Source of the DNA: Methylococcaceae bacterium
Lineage (GTDB): Bacteria; Pseudomonadota; Gammaproteobacteria; Methylococcales; Methylomonadaceae
Direction: 5' to 3'
DNA: 64,000 nt
Assembly (NCBI GenBank): GCA_013141155.1
Contig: JABFRM010000145.1
Coordinates: 6,042-70,041 of the forward strand
Shown: positions 28,555 through 39,266 of the stretch, piece by piece
Numbering within the stretch: position 1 is the stretch's first letter
Layout: every line of letters begins with the position of its first letter
Notes under the pieces: model-generated
The model's database searches: none
The model's input: the letters and a program-made list of their open reading frames with translations, nothing else
Told to the model about the DNA's origin: nothing
Made by a program: the position numbers and the translations under genes

Positions 28555-29853
28555 CTAAGGCTTGGCAGGCACAGTTGCCGGTGCTACGATCACTGGTACA
28601 GGTGGCACGGTGGTCGGTGCAACGACTACCGGCGGCGCATCAGGTACGGATTTAACTGGCTCAGGCTTATTTGTCGGCGTAGGCCCAGCCACAGGTGTTT
28701 TTATTTCAGGTTGTACTTTTGGCAAAACCTTATCCGTTTCAACACGCATTTTAGTAATCGCTTTCAACATATTTAAAGAGTCACTAATGGTAGGCAATTG
28801 ACTACGAATTTTTATACCCGCCAACTCGTTAAGCTGCTTTAAAAAATCGTTACCGGCCGCATTTTGGGTGAAATTTTCGTTTAACCATTGTTTTACATCG
28901 CTAATACTAGCCAAATAGAGCACTTCATTTTGCTGTAACAAGGACATTTTGACCATATCCAACCTGACTTTAATTTGTTGCAAGCTGAATTGCGCTTCTT
29001 CTTTACTGATAATACCTGCAACTGGCACGGCTGAATGCTTAATCGAAACAATATCCTTCATACTGACCAATGCCTTATCAATTAACCCTCCTTCAGTTTC
29101 ATCAGAAACCTTAGCTTGAGCGGGTTCAGGCGACTTATCCTGTTTACCAACATACGGCAAAATAAAGGTCAATTTATTAGCAGCCTGCTGCAAAGCAGTA
29201 ATTTTAGCGTAAAGCCCCACCACATCCAGGACACTGACTTTACTTAGCTCAGCGATTTCTTTGACGAGTTGCTCACGCACCTTAAAAACCGCGGTATCTT
29301 CGCTTTCGCGTAAACGGGCATCAGCGGCTTCCATTGCCTGTTTTGCAGTAGCCACATCGCCCATCAACAATAAGCGTTGATTCGCCACACTCAACAAGTA
29401 TTCGGCATCGGCGATCATCCAATCACTACGGGTTTTACCTAATAAACGTTGCACTTGATCAATAGAGGTCTTTAATTCGTTACGCGTCACATCTAGTTTT
29501 TCGGTGTACAACTTTGAAAAGTCATCCAAAGCTTGATCAAAATGGCTATCCTTACCACTAGAGGCTTGTTGCACATTGGCTAATTGCGATTGGATGGCGG
29601 CAATTTGGGTTTGATAACCACTAATCTGTTGCGTCAATTCCATCATTTGTTGATTTTTTTGCGTCAGTTCCGCGGTCACTTTTTCAGTCAAGCCTTTTTG
29701 CTGTCCCTGATGCTGTACATCAAAATAAAAAATCAGCGCACCCAAAGCCAGCAAGCCTAGCAAAACCAAAAAAATCCACACCCAGCCCCAAGAACGCTTT
29801 TGCCTGATAGATTTTGCATCGATCTGCTGTTGTTCTTTACCTAATTCAGCCAC
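28555..29853 (-). CDS. hemX: HemX-family membrane protein
   Basis: It has one TM helix, a long coiled-coil, a conserved mid region (DWMIADAEYLLSVANQRLLL) and a Pro-rich tail. It lies between hemD and hemY. Confidence 0.8.
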   Translation of the reverse strand: MAELGKEQQQIDAKSIRQKRSWGWVWIFLVLLGLLALGALIFYFDVQHQGQQKGLTEKVTAELTQKNQQMMELTQQISGYQTQIAAIQSQLANVQQASSGKDSHFDQALDDFSKLYTEKLDVTRNELKTSIDQVQRLLGKTRSDWMIADAEYLLSVANQRLLLMGDVATAKQAMEAADARLRESEDTAVFKVREQLVKEIAELSKVSVLDVVGLYAKITALQQAANKLTFILPYVGKQDKSPEPAQAKVSDETEGGLIDKALVSMKDIVSIKHSAVPVAGIISKEEAQFSLQQIKVRLDMVKMSLLQQNEVLYLASISDVKQWLNENFTQNAAGNDFLKQLNELAGIKIRSQLPTISDSLNMLKAITKMRVETDKVLPKVQPEIKTPVAGPTPTNKPEPVKSVPDAPPVVVAPTTVPPVPVIVAPATVPAKP

Positions 29854-30616
29854 TGTCTTCTCCGCTCACTAAATTTATAATTATTTTTAAAACTGCACCA
29901 TCACTGACCCCATCACTGACGACAACGTGGATAAATCCCAAAGTGCTTGCAATTAAGCAAAGTCTATCACTGATCACCACTAAGGGGATACTTAACAACA
30001 GCTTCCGCCAGGGATCTGTCGGCAATAATGCCAGCAGGTTATGCAATGCCTCAGCACTGGTAATCGTGATCACGTCCAGCATCTTTGTCTGCAATAAGCT
30101 GACGATCCTCTCAGGATCGATCAAAGGTGCTTGCCGCTCATAGACATCCAGATAATCAACTTCTGCGCCGCGCGCGCGCAAAGTATCAGCCAATACTTCA
30201 CGCCCCCCTACACCCCGAACAATAACACAACGCTGGCCTTGCACATTTTGCAATTCTGGCCTGGCTAACAAAGCTTCACTATTAAAGCCTTGTTCAGGTA
30301 TAGCGCTCACCACCAATCCTAATTGTTGCAAGGCATTAGCGGTTGCTTGCCCTACCGCCGCAATTTTGGCTTTGTGACAATATTCGCGTATTTTGCCATC
30401 ATTCCCGATTAGCGCAAAATTTACAGCATTGGCACTGATGAATATAATCCAATCAATATCAGGTTTACGGCTTAGCACCTGCAACGCCTTATCCGCCAGT
30501 TTTAGTGGTTTAATCTCAATTAATGGCATCCGCACAGCAGTATACCCTTGCCGTTCCAACAATTGACACAATGGTTCCGCTTGGTGCTGCGGCCTTGTTA
30601 CCAATACGGTGGTCAA
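29846..30616 (-). CDS. hemD: Uroporphyrinogen-III synthase
   Basis: It is HemD-sized, begins VLVTRP, and overlaps the hemC stop by 4 nt. Confidence 0.85.
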   Translation of the reverse strand: MTTVLVTRPQHQAEPLCQLLERQGYTAVRMPLIEIKPLKLADKALQVLSRKPDIDWIIFISANAVNFALIGNDGKIREYCHKAKIAAVGQATANALQQLGLVVSAIPEQGFNSEALLARPELQNVQGQRCVIVRGVGGREVLADTLRARGAEVDYLDVYERQAPLIDPERIVSLLQTKMLDVITITSAEALHNLLALLPTDPWRKLLLSIPLVVISDRLCLIASTLGFIHVVVSDGVSDGAVLKIIINLVSGEDSG

Positions 30617-31545
30617 TGGTAAAGCTCTTGTAAAACCTTATCAGCCCCAAGGCTCAGCAATTCCTCGGCAATCGCAATACCAATCGCATCCGCTTCTGCA
30701 ATACCGCCGCTTCGTTGCGCCCGAAATATCCTTAAGCCATCGGGACTGCCAACCAAGCCACGCATAAATAACTGCCCGGCCTGTAATTGCGCAAAACCCG
30801 CTATAGGAACCTGACAACCACCATTTAGCCGAGCATTCATCGCGCGCTCTGCCCGCACACAAACACCGGTATCGGGATCATGCAGTGCTTGTAAAATCTG
30901 ATTAATCTCCCTATCATCGCTACGGCATTCAATACCAATTGCGCCTTGCCCAATTGCCGGCAAACTAATTTCTGGGGGCAACGTTTCGGTAATACGTGCC
31001 GCCATCCCTAAGCGCTTTAACCCGGCTGAAGCCAGAATAATCGCATCGTATTCACCCGCATCCAATTTCGCCAAGCGAGTATTGACATTACCCCGCAACG
31101 CGAGAATTTGCGCCTGTGGGAAATGCGATTTAATTTGCGATTCACGCCGCAAGCTAGAAGTGCCGATACGCGCATTAGCAGGCAACGCACTTAAAGCAGC
31201 ATAACGATTGGACACCAAGGCATCGGTAGGATCTTCACGACACAAAATCGCCGCCAAATGTAAACCATCAGGAAACTCAACCGGTACATCTTTCATAGAA
31301 TGTACCGCTATATCGGCGATTCCTTCCAGCATACCTTGCTCCAATTCTTTTACAAACAGCCCTTTTCCGCCTACTTTAGCCAACGGTGCATCCAAAATTT
31401 TATCGCCACGCGTCACCATCTTAACCAATGCGGTGGTAACCTCTGGAAAAATACGCTCTAAGGCACTGGCAACATATTCTGCCTGCCACAAAGCCAAAGG
31501 GCTTTGCCGAGTTGCAATCCGAATTATTTTTTTAGCCAAAACCAA
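30613..31545 (-). CDS. hemC: Hydroxymethylbilane synthase (porphobilinogen deaminase)
   Basis: It carries [39 protein letters not shown] and the dipyrromethane Cys region (GGCQVPI). Confidence 0.95.
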   Translation of the reverse strand: MVLAKKIIRIATRQSPLALWQAEYVASALERIFPEVTTALVKMVTRGDKILDAPLAKVGGKGLFVKELEQGMLEGIADIAVHSMKDVPVEFPDGLHLAAILCREDPTDALVSNRYAALSALPANARIGTSSLRRESQIKSHFPQAQILALRGNVNTRLAKLDAGEYDAIILASAGLKRLGMAARITETLPPEISLPAIGQGAIGIECRSDDREINQILQALHDPDTGVCVRAERAMNARLNGGCQVPIAGFAQLQAGQLFMRGLVGSPDGLRIFRAQRSGGIAEADAIGIAIAEELLSLGADKVLQELYH

Positions 31546-31745
31546 CTCCTCACGCTATAAAAAATGCCCATTGTACTTGTTTTTAATCACCTGATTTCGA
31601 TAATGTTGCGGATTTCCGCATTGATATAGACAGCACAAATAATTAATATTATTGTTAAATCCCCCTCATATACTGCCCCTTGAAACGCTTAAGAAGTTAA
31701 TCAGGTTATAATCAACATAATTAAAATGCCATTACCAACGGTACT

Positions 31746-33974
31746 ATGAATTTAACAATAACACTAAGCAATACAATTCTGTTTTATGTAAAAAAATACT
31801 GGTTTGAAAATGTTATCTTTATCTTATTGCTATTTTATACGCTATTTTATTTTACCCCTTCCTCTTACGGAAAAGCCCTTGAAATGCTGGGCATCCCTAA
31901 CACTGGCTTAATTTTTGGCACACCACAAGCCGCTCGATCTGATGAATGGGCAGTATGGACCCCCTATTTACAAGCGTTAGTCAACAACCATTTTCAGCGT
32001 TTTAACGCGTATTCAATCTACCATGAAGACTTTCGTAATTTTAACGCCTTACCTATCTACGACTGGGCATTATTTTTTAAACCACAATTTTGGTCTTTTT
32101 TAATCGCCGAACCCGCACGGGCATTTTCTTTTCATCATGGTTTTTTAATTGCGGCGTTTATCATTGGCTGGAAACAATTAATAGAAAAAATAATGCTGCC
32201 TTATCAATACGCGTCACCTGGCATTGCTATTGGTTTTTCATTATTGTTGTTTTTTTCTGGATTTGTCCAAACGTTTTGGACAACAGTCGGGCCGATTATT
32301 GCGATTTTTCCTTGGTTGCTGCTGGTTTTATTAGCCTGGAAACAGCACTCAATCACTTATTATGCTTTGCTAATTTATGTTACAACCGTCTGGTTACTTT
32401 CACATACTTATCCGCCTTTAGTTATCTCTTGTATATATATCGGTTTATTTATTTTAGGCGCATTTAAAACTGACTTCTTTTCAAATTTTAAACGGTGTTT
32501 TTTTAGCTTATTTGCTTGCTTGGCCGCCGTTGCGATCGTGGTTTATTATGATAAGGATGTCATCATAAAGATGATGTCCACTGTTTACCCTGGAAAACGG
32601 CAATCACTGGGAGGAGAAGGCAATTTCTATATGTGGCTAAGCACGATTATTCCTTATATCACGCATTCAACCAGTAGGACAGTCACAATAGTTAACAGCT
32701 TAAACATTTGCGAAGCAACCGCCGTTTCCAGTTTATTACCATTAATGAGCCTGTGTTTTGCGGATTTTAAAAGCATCAAGGACTTGTTTAGAAAAGAAAT
32801 CGTTATCTTAAGCTGTGCATTAGTTTTCTTTACCGCCTGGTGGTTATTTCCAGTGCCACAGTTGATAGGTGAATTATTGCTGTTGACCAAAGTTCCTGCA
32901 CACCGTTTAGTTTTTTCACTGGGATTGGCGATTAATATTAAGGCATTATTTATTCTAGTCGAATATGGTGTCAGATTAAATTTTAAACGACTCCTGATCT
33001 TTACATTTTTGCTACTCTTTTGTTGGTGCTTACCCGCCATTTTCTCTCATTATAATTATTTTTCGAAATTTGATATTTCAGATGGCGCCGCACCCTTTGA
33101 AAAATCTACTTTAGAGCTAATTGTAATACCCTTGATAACCACGTTATTAATTTCATATCGTTTCAAATGGCTAAATAATACCGTAACAGTACCGGTTATC
33201 GTATTTACGGCAATGCTGCCGAATATATTGTATTTCTCAACTTTTAATCCAATACAATCCGCAAAATCTATTTTTACGGCAAAAAACAGCGAAATTGTTG
33301 CGGCTTTAAAAAAAATGCAGCATGAAGATAGTCGTGACTGGCTGGTCTTTCCGGTAATACCGGGCGCGGTGCTCAATGGCTTAGGATTAAGATCGTTTTC
33401 TCATGTTTTAATTCAACCACAACTCGACTTTTTTAGGACATTATTTCCCGAAATACCCGCCAACGAATTTAATCACATATTTAATCGCTATGCGCATATA
33501 GAATTATATGACATCCCAAAACCAGGCTCACCTTATTCAGATAGAATAAGCATTCCCATTAAAAAAATAAGGGAAAAAAGCAGCAACCAAGAAATCAACA
33601 TTGGTTTTTCTGACTGTAATATTAAAGTAGCCCGCAATGGTTATTTGGAAGCAGTGACTCTCGATAACAAAAAACTCTATCTAAGTGGGTGGATTACCAA
33701 TAATGATCATCGGTATTTAACCAACCTTAAAAGCTCTAAATTGATCGCCTATCACGAAAGGCCTCGACTAGATATAGTGGGCGTACAAAAAGATGCACCA
33801 TTAAAAGACTTGTTAGTCGCTGGAATTGGTTTTGAAATAATGCTTTCCGAAGACGATATAAAAACCATTCGCAATGAAGGTTTTTGTTTATTTAATGATA
33901 ATAAACAATATGGCATTACCGAGTTATTTCATTTTTCAACTGCTGATATTGAAGCTTTTATGCGAAAAAAATAA
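31746..33974 (+). CDS. Large polytopic membrane protein, putative GT-C-type periplasmic glycosyltransferase
   Basis: About 14 hydrophobic helices span the first ~520 aa, followed by a soluble ~220-aa C-terminal domain. An acidic motif (ARSDEWAVW) sits in the first extracytoplasmic loop, as in GT-C enzymes. The gene is AT-rich and lies beside a divergently arranged GT2 plus small flippase pair. I recognise no specific family. Confidence 0.5.
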   Translation: MNLTITLSNTILFYVKKYWFENVIFILLLFYTLFYFTPSSYGKALEMLGIPNTGLIFGTPQAARSDEWAVWTPYLQALVNNHFQRFNAYSIYHEDFRNFNALPIYDWALFFKPQFWSFLIAEPARAFSFHHGFLIAAFIIGWKQLIEKIMLPYQYASPGIAIGFSLLLFFSGFVQTFWTTVGPIIAIFPWLLLVLLAWKQHSITYYALLIYVTTVWLLSHTYPPLVISCIYIGLFILGAFKTDFFSNFKRCFFSLFACLAAVAIVVYYDKDVIIKMMSTVYPGKRQSLGGEGNFYMWLSTIIPYITHSTSRTVTIVNSLNICEATAVSSLLPLMSLCFADFKSIKDLFRKEIVILSCALVFFTAWWLFPVPQLIGELLLLTKVPAHRLVFSLGLAINIKALFILVEYGVRLNFKRLLIFTFLLLFCWCLPAIFSHYNYFSKFDISDGAAPFEKSTLELIVIPLITTLLISYRFKWLNNTVTVPVIVFTAMLPNILYFSTFNPIQSAKSIFTAKNSEIVAALKKMQHEDSRDWLVFPVIPGAVLNGLGLRSFSHVLIQPQLDFFRTLFPEIPANEFNHIFNRYAHIELYDIPKPGSPYSDRISIPIKKIREKSSNQEINIGFSDCNIKVARNGYLEAVTLDNKKLYLSGWITNNDHRYLTNLKSSKLIAYHERPRLDIVGVQKDAPLKDLLVAGIGFEIMLSEDDIKTIRNEGFCLFNDNKQYGITELFHFSTADIEAFMRKK

Positions 33975-34042
33975 CCATTTTGAAGTTGGTTTTTTGTTAG
34001 CATTCAAATCAGGGCATCTGCAAAAAAAAACTGCTACTTTGG

Positions 34043-34384
34043 TCACGCCCTAACGGTAATAAGAATACCTAATATAATTAAAGTAATTCCAGCAAAGTAT
34101 TGTGGCTGGAAGCGTTCTCCGAAAATAAAATGGCTACCTATGGGTACCAAAACAAAAGCCAAAGCCATCAGTGGATAAACTTTTCCAAGCTCAACTTTCT
34201 GCAATACCCATATCCAAGCAATTGACATAATGCCGTAAAGGCACAGTGCTGCAACTAATTTTATGAACGTTTGAAGTGCAAAAAAACTACCCGTTTCCGC
34301 CAATGACACGGCACCTATTTTGAATAATATCTGTCCAATTGCCAAACCAATGACACAAATAAGCGCAACAACATAAACTAACAT
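34043..34384 (-). CDS. Small 4-TM DMT/SMR-like protein (ArnE/ArnF/GtrA-type lipid-linked sugar flippase candidate)
   Basis: It is 113 aa with four hydrophobic helices and an EamA-like pattern, and lies immediately downstream of the GT2 gene. Confidence 0.6.
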   Translation of the reverse strand: MLVYVVALICVIGLAIGQILFKIGAVSLAETGSFFALQTFIKLVAALCLYGIMSIAWIWVLQKVELGKVYPLMALAFVLVPIGSHFIFGERFQPQYFAGITLIILGILITVRA

Positions 34385-34471
34385 TATTATTTCTCCGGTT
34401 TTCTAAAATAACTGTAGCGCATCTCTAATGAATCACTTTTAATAAGCGATACAATTTCAAAATGATTGGCA

Positions 34472-35479
34472 TTAGTCCTGTTTATTTCGCAACTGCAACA
34501 CTTGATGCTTGACAGAGCGGCGCAACACATGCAGCGGTCTCCGCGGAATAGAGGCTATATCATAGCCGAGGAACGCCAATATCAATTGTAATCCAATTAG
34601 AATAGGCAACGCTGCCAACATCACCGTACCAGCGGGTGTAGCGACACCCGCTTTCAATGAAGACATCCAATGAAACAGACCAAAACAACTGCCGGACATC
34701 ATGAACACGATACCCAAGGGTAGCTCTATGGAAGCCAAGGATAAATCCCGCAAATAATAATTGTAAAAAATACGCTTTAAAAAATTACGCACATGTTTAA
34801 AAAGGAATTCCCCAATAATTTTAGAAATTTTTAGATTACTTACCTCCTCACCATATTTGGCATCCATTGGAATATCTATAACCACGGCACGCAACGTATT
34901 AAGTCGAAACAACATATCTGTTTCAAAAAAATAACGGCAGCTAATCTTTTCAAAGGGAAGCTGTCGAGCAACATCTGCATGTATCGCCGTATACCCATTG
35001 GTTGGGTCGAACAAATCCCAATACCCAGAGGACAATTTCGTCATAAACGACAGTATAGCGTTACCAAATAGGCGAATTTTGGGCATGGCTCGAATCGCTT
35101 CCAAATAAAAAAAACGATTTCCCTTGGTGTAATCTGCTTCGCCAGCGAGAATTGGAGCGACGAAATCAAAAATTAAAGCCGGATCCATCTGCCCATCACC
35201 ATCAACTTTTACGATAACATCCGCACCCTGCGCAATAGCCGCACGATAGCCCGCCATTACCGCCCCACCGACGCCAAGATTTACGGGATTGCGAATCACT
35301 CTTACCCTAGGATCCTTAACATTTAACTCAACAAACGTGCCGGTTTGCTCAGGACAGCAATCATCAACAACAAAAATATTGGCCACTTCGGCGCCAACGC
35401 CGTCCAAGACACCCAGTATTTGCCTTTTGACACAAAAACAAGGTATGACCACAGCAACTATTGGAACATTATTTTGCAT
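34472..35479 (-). CDS. GT2-family polyprenyl-phosphate glycosyltransferase (ArnC/GtrB/DPM1-like)
   Basis: It has the VAVVIPCF start, the FVVDDCCPEQTG (DxD region) motif, VKVDGDGQMDP and two C-terminal TM helices, typical of Und-P sugar transferases. Confidence 0.85.
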   Translation of the reverse strand: MQNNVPIVAVVIPCFCVKRQILGVLDGVGAEVANIFVVDDCCPEQTGTFVELNVKDPRVRVIRNPVNLGVGGAVMAGYRAAIAQGADVIVKVDGDGQMDPALIFDFVAPILAGEADYTKGNRFFYLEAIRAMPKIRLFGNAILSFMTKLSSGYWDLFDPTNGYTAIHADVARQLPFEKISCRYFFETDMLFRLNTLRAVVIDIPMDAKYGEEVSNLKISKIIGEFLFKHVRNFLKRIFYNYYLRDLSLASIELPLGIVFMMSGSCFGLFHWMSSLKAGVATPAGTVMLAALPILIGLQLILAFLGYDIASIPRRPLHVLRRSVKHQVLQLRNKQD

Positions 35480-35576
35480 TGCCTATAATCCTTAAAATCG
35501 TTTAGCAGTGTATATATGAATGTTTAGCCGACACCTTCGACACACCAATCCCTTTGCCATAAATGCAATATAACCG

Positions 35577-36092
35577 TTAGGGCAACGGTGCCGGTATCGT
35601 AAACACATGATCCTTATCTTTAACAGCGGCATGGCAGCTCACGCACTCCTCCGCAAAATCAGCCGTTTCGCCATAGGGTTTTTGATCCATTCCCAGCCAG
35701 CGGGCAAAACCCCAGCCGGCGGTACTTTTATATTTTTGCTGATCTTTAAGCATAAATTCAGCATGTTCAAATTGCCCTGGAACTATCGCCTCCGGCCAAG
35801 CGGGGTGCTGCGTTTCTTTCCAAACCAATTTCGCCAGAATGGCACCGTCAGGCCAGGGATTGGTTTGATGATTGTTAACCGCATTAATGGCAATCTGATT
35901 TCCGAGAACAACTCGTAACGAATGCTTATCAAGGCGATGCGCAACACCAATCATTTTCCAGTTTTTATAATTTACTGGAATTTCAATACCGTTTAATGCA
36001 TGAGCAACCGTTTTTTGCAGTTGCGCCGCATTTAAAGTGCCGAAAGTTAAAAGCATTAAAGGCGTAAGTAAACATTTGACCATTGTTTGCAT
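35577..36092 (-). CDS. Cytochrome P460-family protein
   Basis: It has a signal peptide, the NYKNWKMIG pattern and a single C-terminal CXXCH (ECVSCHAAVKDKDHVF). GGAG lies 6 nt upstream of ATG 36092 (MQTMVK...), whereas the track start is 36104. Confidence 0.8.
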   Translation of the reverse strand: MQTMVKCLLTPLMLLTFGTLNAAQLQKTVAHALNGIEIPVNYKNWKMIGVAHRLDKHSLRVVLGNQIAINAVNNHQTNPWPDGAILAKLVWKETQHPAWPEAIVPGQFEHAEFMLKDQQKYKSTAGWGFARWLGMDQKPYGETADFAEECVSCHAAVKDKDHVFTIPAPLP

Positions 36093-36144
36093 AACTAACT
36101 CCAAAAATAATAATTAAATTGAATATTGAATAGCGTAAGGTCGC

Positions 36145-36417
36145 TTAAATGATAATAAATCCAGGCGCCAAATCAACCGTATCAACATCCGTAACAGTCA
36201 CCCCGTCAACCCGCGCGAAAATAGGCCCGGCATGACACCAACTAATCAAATGTTCAAGCTGTTGGGCTTCTGCGCACGCCCTGATTTCAACACAACCATC
36301 GGGCAGATTTTTAACCCAACCCTGTATATTATGCGCCTTAGCGATTTTTTGAGTGCTGGCTCGGTAACAGACGCCCTGCACCCTGCCGCTGACGATGATT
36401 TGTACCGTTTTGATCAT
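36145..36417 (-). CDS. acyP: Acylphosphatase
   Basis: The signature VSGRVQGVCYRASTQKIAKAHNIQGWVKNLPDGCVEI is present. The likely start ATG at 36417 overlaps the rlmL stop (ATGA). Confidence 0.85.
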   Translation of the reverse strand: MIKTVQIIVSGRVQGVCYRASTQKIAKAHNIQGWVKNLPDGCVEIRACAEAQQLEHLISWCHAGPIFARVDGVTVTDVDTVDLAPGFIII

Positions 36418-38612
36418 TCCTGAATTTTCCAACAAGTATGAATTCTGGGGTTACGGGCAAAGTCTTCTGGAATGGTCGCCGCAGTGATGTCTTCTATGAT
36501 TAAATCAGCCAAGGCGTGAGTATCCAATTTAAAGCGCCTGAAATTGGTCGAGAAATATAATACGCCGCCTACCGCCAAGAGTGTTAAAGCATTCTCAATT
36601 AATAACACATGATCCCTTTGAATATCAAAGACATCTTCCATACGCTTAGAATTAGAAAAGGTCGGCGGATCTAAAAAGATTAAATCATATTGGCGCGGAT
36701 AAGGCTGCGTGACTTCCGCTGCGAGCCAAGCCATACAATCTGCCTGAATGAACTCATGATCGCCCTGCAAAAGCTTATTGCAGTGCAGATTTTTTTTCGC
36801 CCAATCCAAATAAGTATTCGACATGTCCACACTGGTGGTTGCTTTCGCGCCGCCTTTGGCAGCGTGAACCGTGGCACTACCGGTATAGGCAAAAAGATTC
36901 AGGAAGCGTTTGTCTTTGGCTTGCTGTTGTATCATTAAGCGCATCGGTCGGTGATCCAGAAATAAACCGGTATCGAGATAATCTTCAAAATTAACCCGCA
37001 GTTGGCAGCCCCCTTCATTAATAAGATGGAAATGCCCTTGATCATTGTGCTTTTGGTATTGATCAGTACTTTTTTGCTTGCTGCGAATTTTCAGGAACAC
37101 TTGGGCTTTATCAATACCTAAAACTTTCGGAATTTCCACCAACACCCCCGCTAAACGCTGATTCGCCTTAAAGGGATCAATATTTTTAGGCGGCGCATAT
37201 TCTTGTACGTTAACCCAGGTTTGTTCGCCCTGGTACAGGTCAATCGCCACGGAATATTCGGGAAGATCGGCGTCATAAACGCGATAGCAACTAATCTGCT
37301 GTTGCCGCGCCCATTGCGCCATTTTTTTAACATTTTTTTGCAAACGATTGGCAAACATTTCAGCGCCAGTGTCAGTTTCTTCAAGCGCAGTGGTCTGGGT
37401 AATTTGCTCTAGGCGTTGCTCGGCACTTTTCGCCTTTGGGATAAAAAACTGTTCGGGTTCAATATCCAGACGCAATAATTTGCATTCCAAAGCACCGTTA
37501 TACAGCGTAATCGGCTTATGCGAGCGTATGCCTAAGCGAAAGCCCAGCTCGGGATTGCTGATAATCATGACGGCTTTCCAGCCGATAAACTGCGCCTTGA
37601 GGGTCTCTCCAAAACGCTGATACAAGTCAGCAGTTTCCTGTTCATCGCCTAAGCGTTCACCATAAGGCGGGTTACAGATAACCAAGCCAACCAGCGAGCT
37701 GTGCGGCGCTTTGGCATCAACAATGTCGCGCTGTTCGACATGAATATACGATTGCAAGCCAGCCTTTTTAATATGGGTTAATGCGGCATTGACTGCATGG
37801 CTGTCCTGATCAAAACCGACGATAATCGGCAATTGTGCCAAACCAACCAGTTTGCGTTGCAGCGCTTCGGCTCTTAGGCTTTCCCAGCAAGCAGCATCAT
37901 GTTTTTTCCAGTTAATAAAACCGTAATAGTCGCGCAGTAAGCCTGGGGCATAATCAGCCGCGATCATGGCGCCTTCCAATAATAACGTACCCGATCCACA
38001 CATCGGATCAAGCAAACTACCTTGTTGTGCGGCGATTTTCGGCCAACCAGCGCGCAATAACATCGCCGCCGCGAGATTTTCTTTAATCGGTGCTTTCAGA
38101 TTAACGTCACGGTAGCCACGGCGATGCAGGCTTTCACCAGAAAGATCAATGCTTAATTGGGCGTTTTCGCCGTTTAAATACACATTAATGCGCAGATCGG
38201 GCTGTTCGGTATCAATGTTGGGGCGCTTATTAAATTTGGCGCGCATTTGATCGACAATGGCATCTTTTACTTTTAACGCGCCAAAATGGGTATTATTAAT
38301 CGCTTTGGAATTTTTGGCGCTAAACGAAACGGCAATGCTGGCTTCCGGTTGAATATGCTCAAACCAGTTGATTTTTTGGACAGCTTTATAAAGATCCTCT
38401 TGTGACCTTACCTCAAAACGACTGAGAACCAACAGAATACGGTTAGCCGTTCTTGACCAAAGACAGAGTCGGTAGGCGGTTGCCAGCGACCCTTGGAAAG
38501 CAATCCCAGCCATCGTCGCTTTAGTGTGCCCAACACCCAAAGATTTAAGTTCCTCAGCCAAAATGTCTTCCATGGCTTTGGGTGTGGTAGCGAATAGTTC
38601 GTATTGAATCAT
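36414..38612 (-). CDS. rlmL: Bifunctional 23S rRNA m2G2445/m7G2069 methyltransferase RlmKL
   Basis: The ORF is 732 aa. It has an N-terminal THUMP domain plus a methyltransferase domain (LLDPMCGSGTLLLE, NPPYGERL) and a C-terminal second methyltransferase domain (FLNLFAYTGS, DPPTFSNS). Confidence 0.92.
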   Translation of the reverse strand: MIQYELFATTPKAMEDILAEELKSLGVGHTKATMAGIAFQGSLATAYRLCLWSRTANRILLVLSRFEVRSQEDLYKAVQKINWFEHIQPEASIAVSFSAKNSKAINNTHFGALKVKDAIVDQMRAKFNKRPNIDTEQPDLRINVYLNGENAQLSIDLSGESLHRRGYRDVNLKAPIKENLAAAMLLRAGWPKIAAQQGSLLDPMCGSGTLLLEGAMIAADYAPGLLRDYYGFINWKKHDAACWESLRAEALQRKLVGLAQLPIIVGFDQDSHAVNAALTHIKKAGLQSYIHVEQRDIVDAKAPHSSLVGLVICNPPYGERLGDEQETADLYQRFGETLKAQFIGWKAVMIISNPELGFRLGIRSHKPITLYNGALECKLLRLDIEPEQFFIPKAKSAEQRLEQITQTTALEETDTGAEMFANRLQKNVKKMAQWARQQQISCYRVYDADLPEYSVAIDLYQGEQTWVNVQEYAPPKNIDPFKANQRLAGVLVEIPKVLGIDKAQVFLKIRSKQKSTDQYQKHNDQGHFHLINEGGCQLRVNFEDYLDTGLFLDHRPMRLMIQQQAKDKRFLNLFAYTGSATVHAAKGGAKATTSVDMSNTYLDWAKKNLHCNKLLQGDHEFIQADCMAWLAAEVTQPYPRQYDLIFLDPPTFSNSKRMEDVFDIQRDHVLLIENALTLLAVGGVLYFSTNFRRFKLDTHALADLIIEDITAATIPEDFARNPRIHTCWKIQE

Positions 38613-38620
38613 AGTCTTAC

Positions 38621-38650
38621 AATAAAAAAGCCTTGCGTGGGCAAGGCTTT
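38621..38650 (-). terminator. Rho-independent terminator downstream of the FKBP gene
   Basis: The minus strand reads AAAGCCTTGC-CCAC-GCAAGGCTTT followed by TTTATT. Confidence 0.7.
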
Positions 38651-38709
38651 TGGAGAGAAGCCGTCAATCGTATGGTGCGGATAAATCCGCACTGACACGA
38701 AACGATGGC

Positions 38710-39192
38710 TTACTGGATTTTGATCAGCTCGACATCAAAAATCAACGCCGAATTAGGCGCGATGGCACCGCCTGCACCCCGTTCACCATAGGCTAAACCA
38801 GAGGGAATATAAAAGCGATATTTATCCCCTTCTTTCATTAACTGCACGCCTTCTGTCCAGCCTGCTATAACGCCATTTAAAGGGAAAGATGTCGGCTCAC
38901 CGCGCGAATAAGAACTATCAAACTCCTTACCGTCAATGGTGGTGCCTTTATAATGCACAGTCACATTATCAGTCGCTTTAGGCGACACTTTACCTTTACC
39001 CGCAGTAAGCACTTCATATTGCAAGCCACTTTTCGTGGTTTTAATGTTAGGTTTTTTAGCATTCGCTGCTAAAAAAGTTTCACCTGCTTTTTTGCTTTCT
39101 TCAGGCGTAGCGGCGTTAACCGATGAGAACATGGTAAATCCTATAAAAATAAGGGTTAATAAAGCGACAAAACGACGTTGCAGTAATTTCAC
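38710..39192 (-). CDS. Periplasmic FKBP-type peptidyl-prolyl cis-trans isomerase
   Basis: It has a signal peptide and an FKBP domain (VTVHYKGTTIDGKEFDSSYSRGEPTSFPLNGVIAGWTEG...LIFDVELIKI). Confidence 0.9.
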   Translation of the reverse strand: MKLLQRRFVALLTLIFIGFTMFSSVNAATPEESKKAGETFLAANAKKPNIKTTKSGLQYEVLTAGKGKVSPKATDNVTVHYKGTTIDGKEFDSSYSRGEPTSFPLNGVIAGWTEGVQLMKEGDKYRFYIPSGLAYGERGAGGAIAPNSALIFDVELIKIQ

Positions 39193-39266
39193 GATTTTTC
39201 CTTTAGCGTTATATTCAAGAGTAAAGCCATTAGTGTATCAAAAAAACCACCACTGCCGCCAAATTC

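Noticed and set aside
33975-34042. Possible terminator AACCA-N9-TGGTT-TTTTT after the 742-aa membrane protein gene
   Set aside because: It has only a 5-bp stem with a 9-nt loop, which is too weak to report as a feature.
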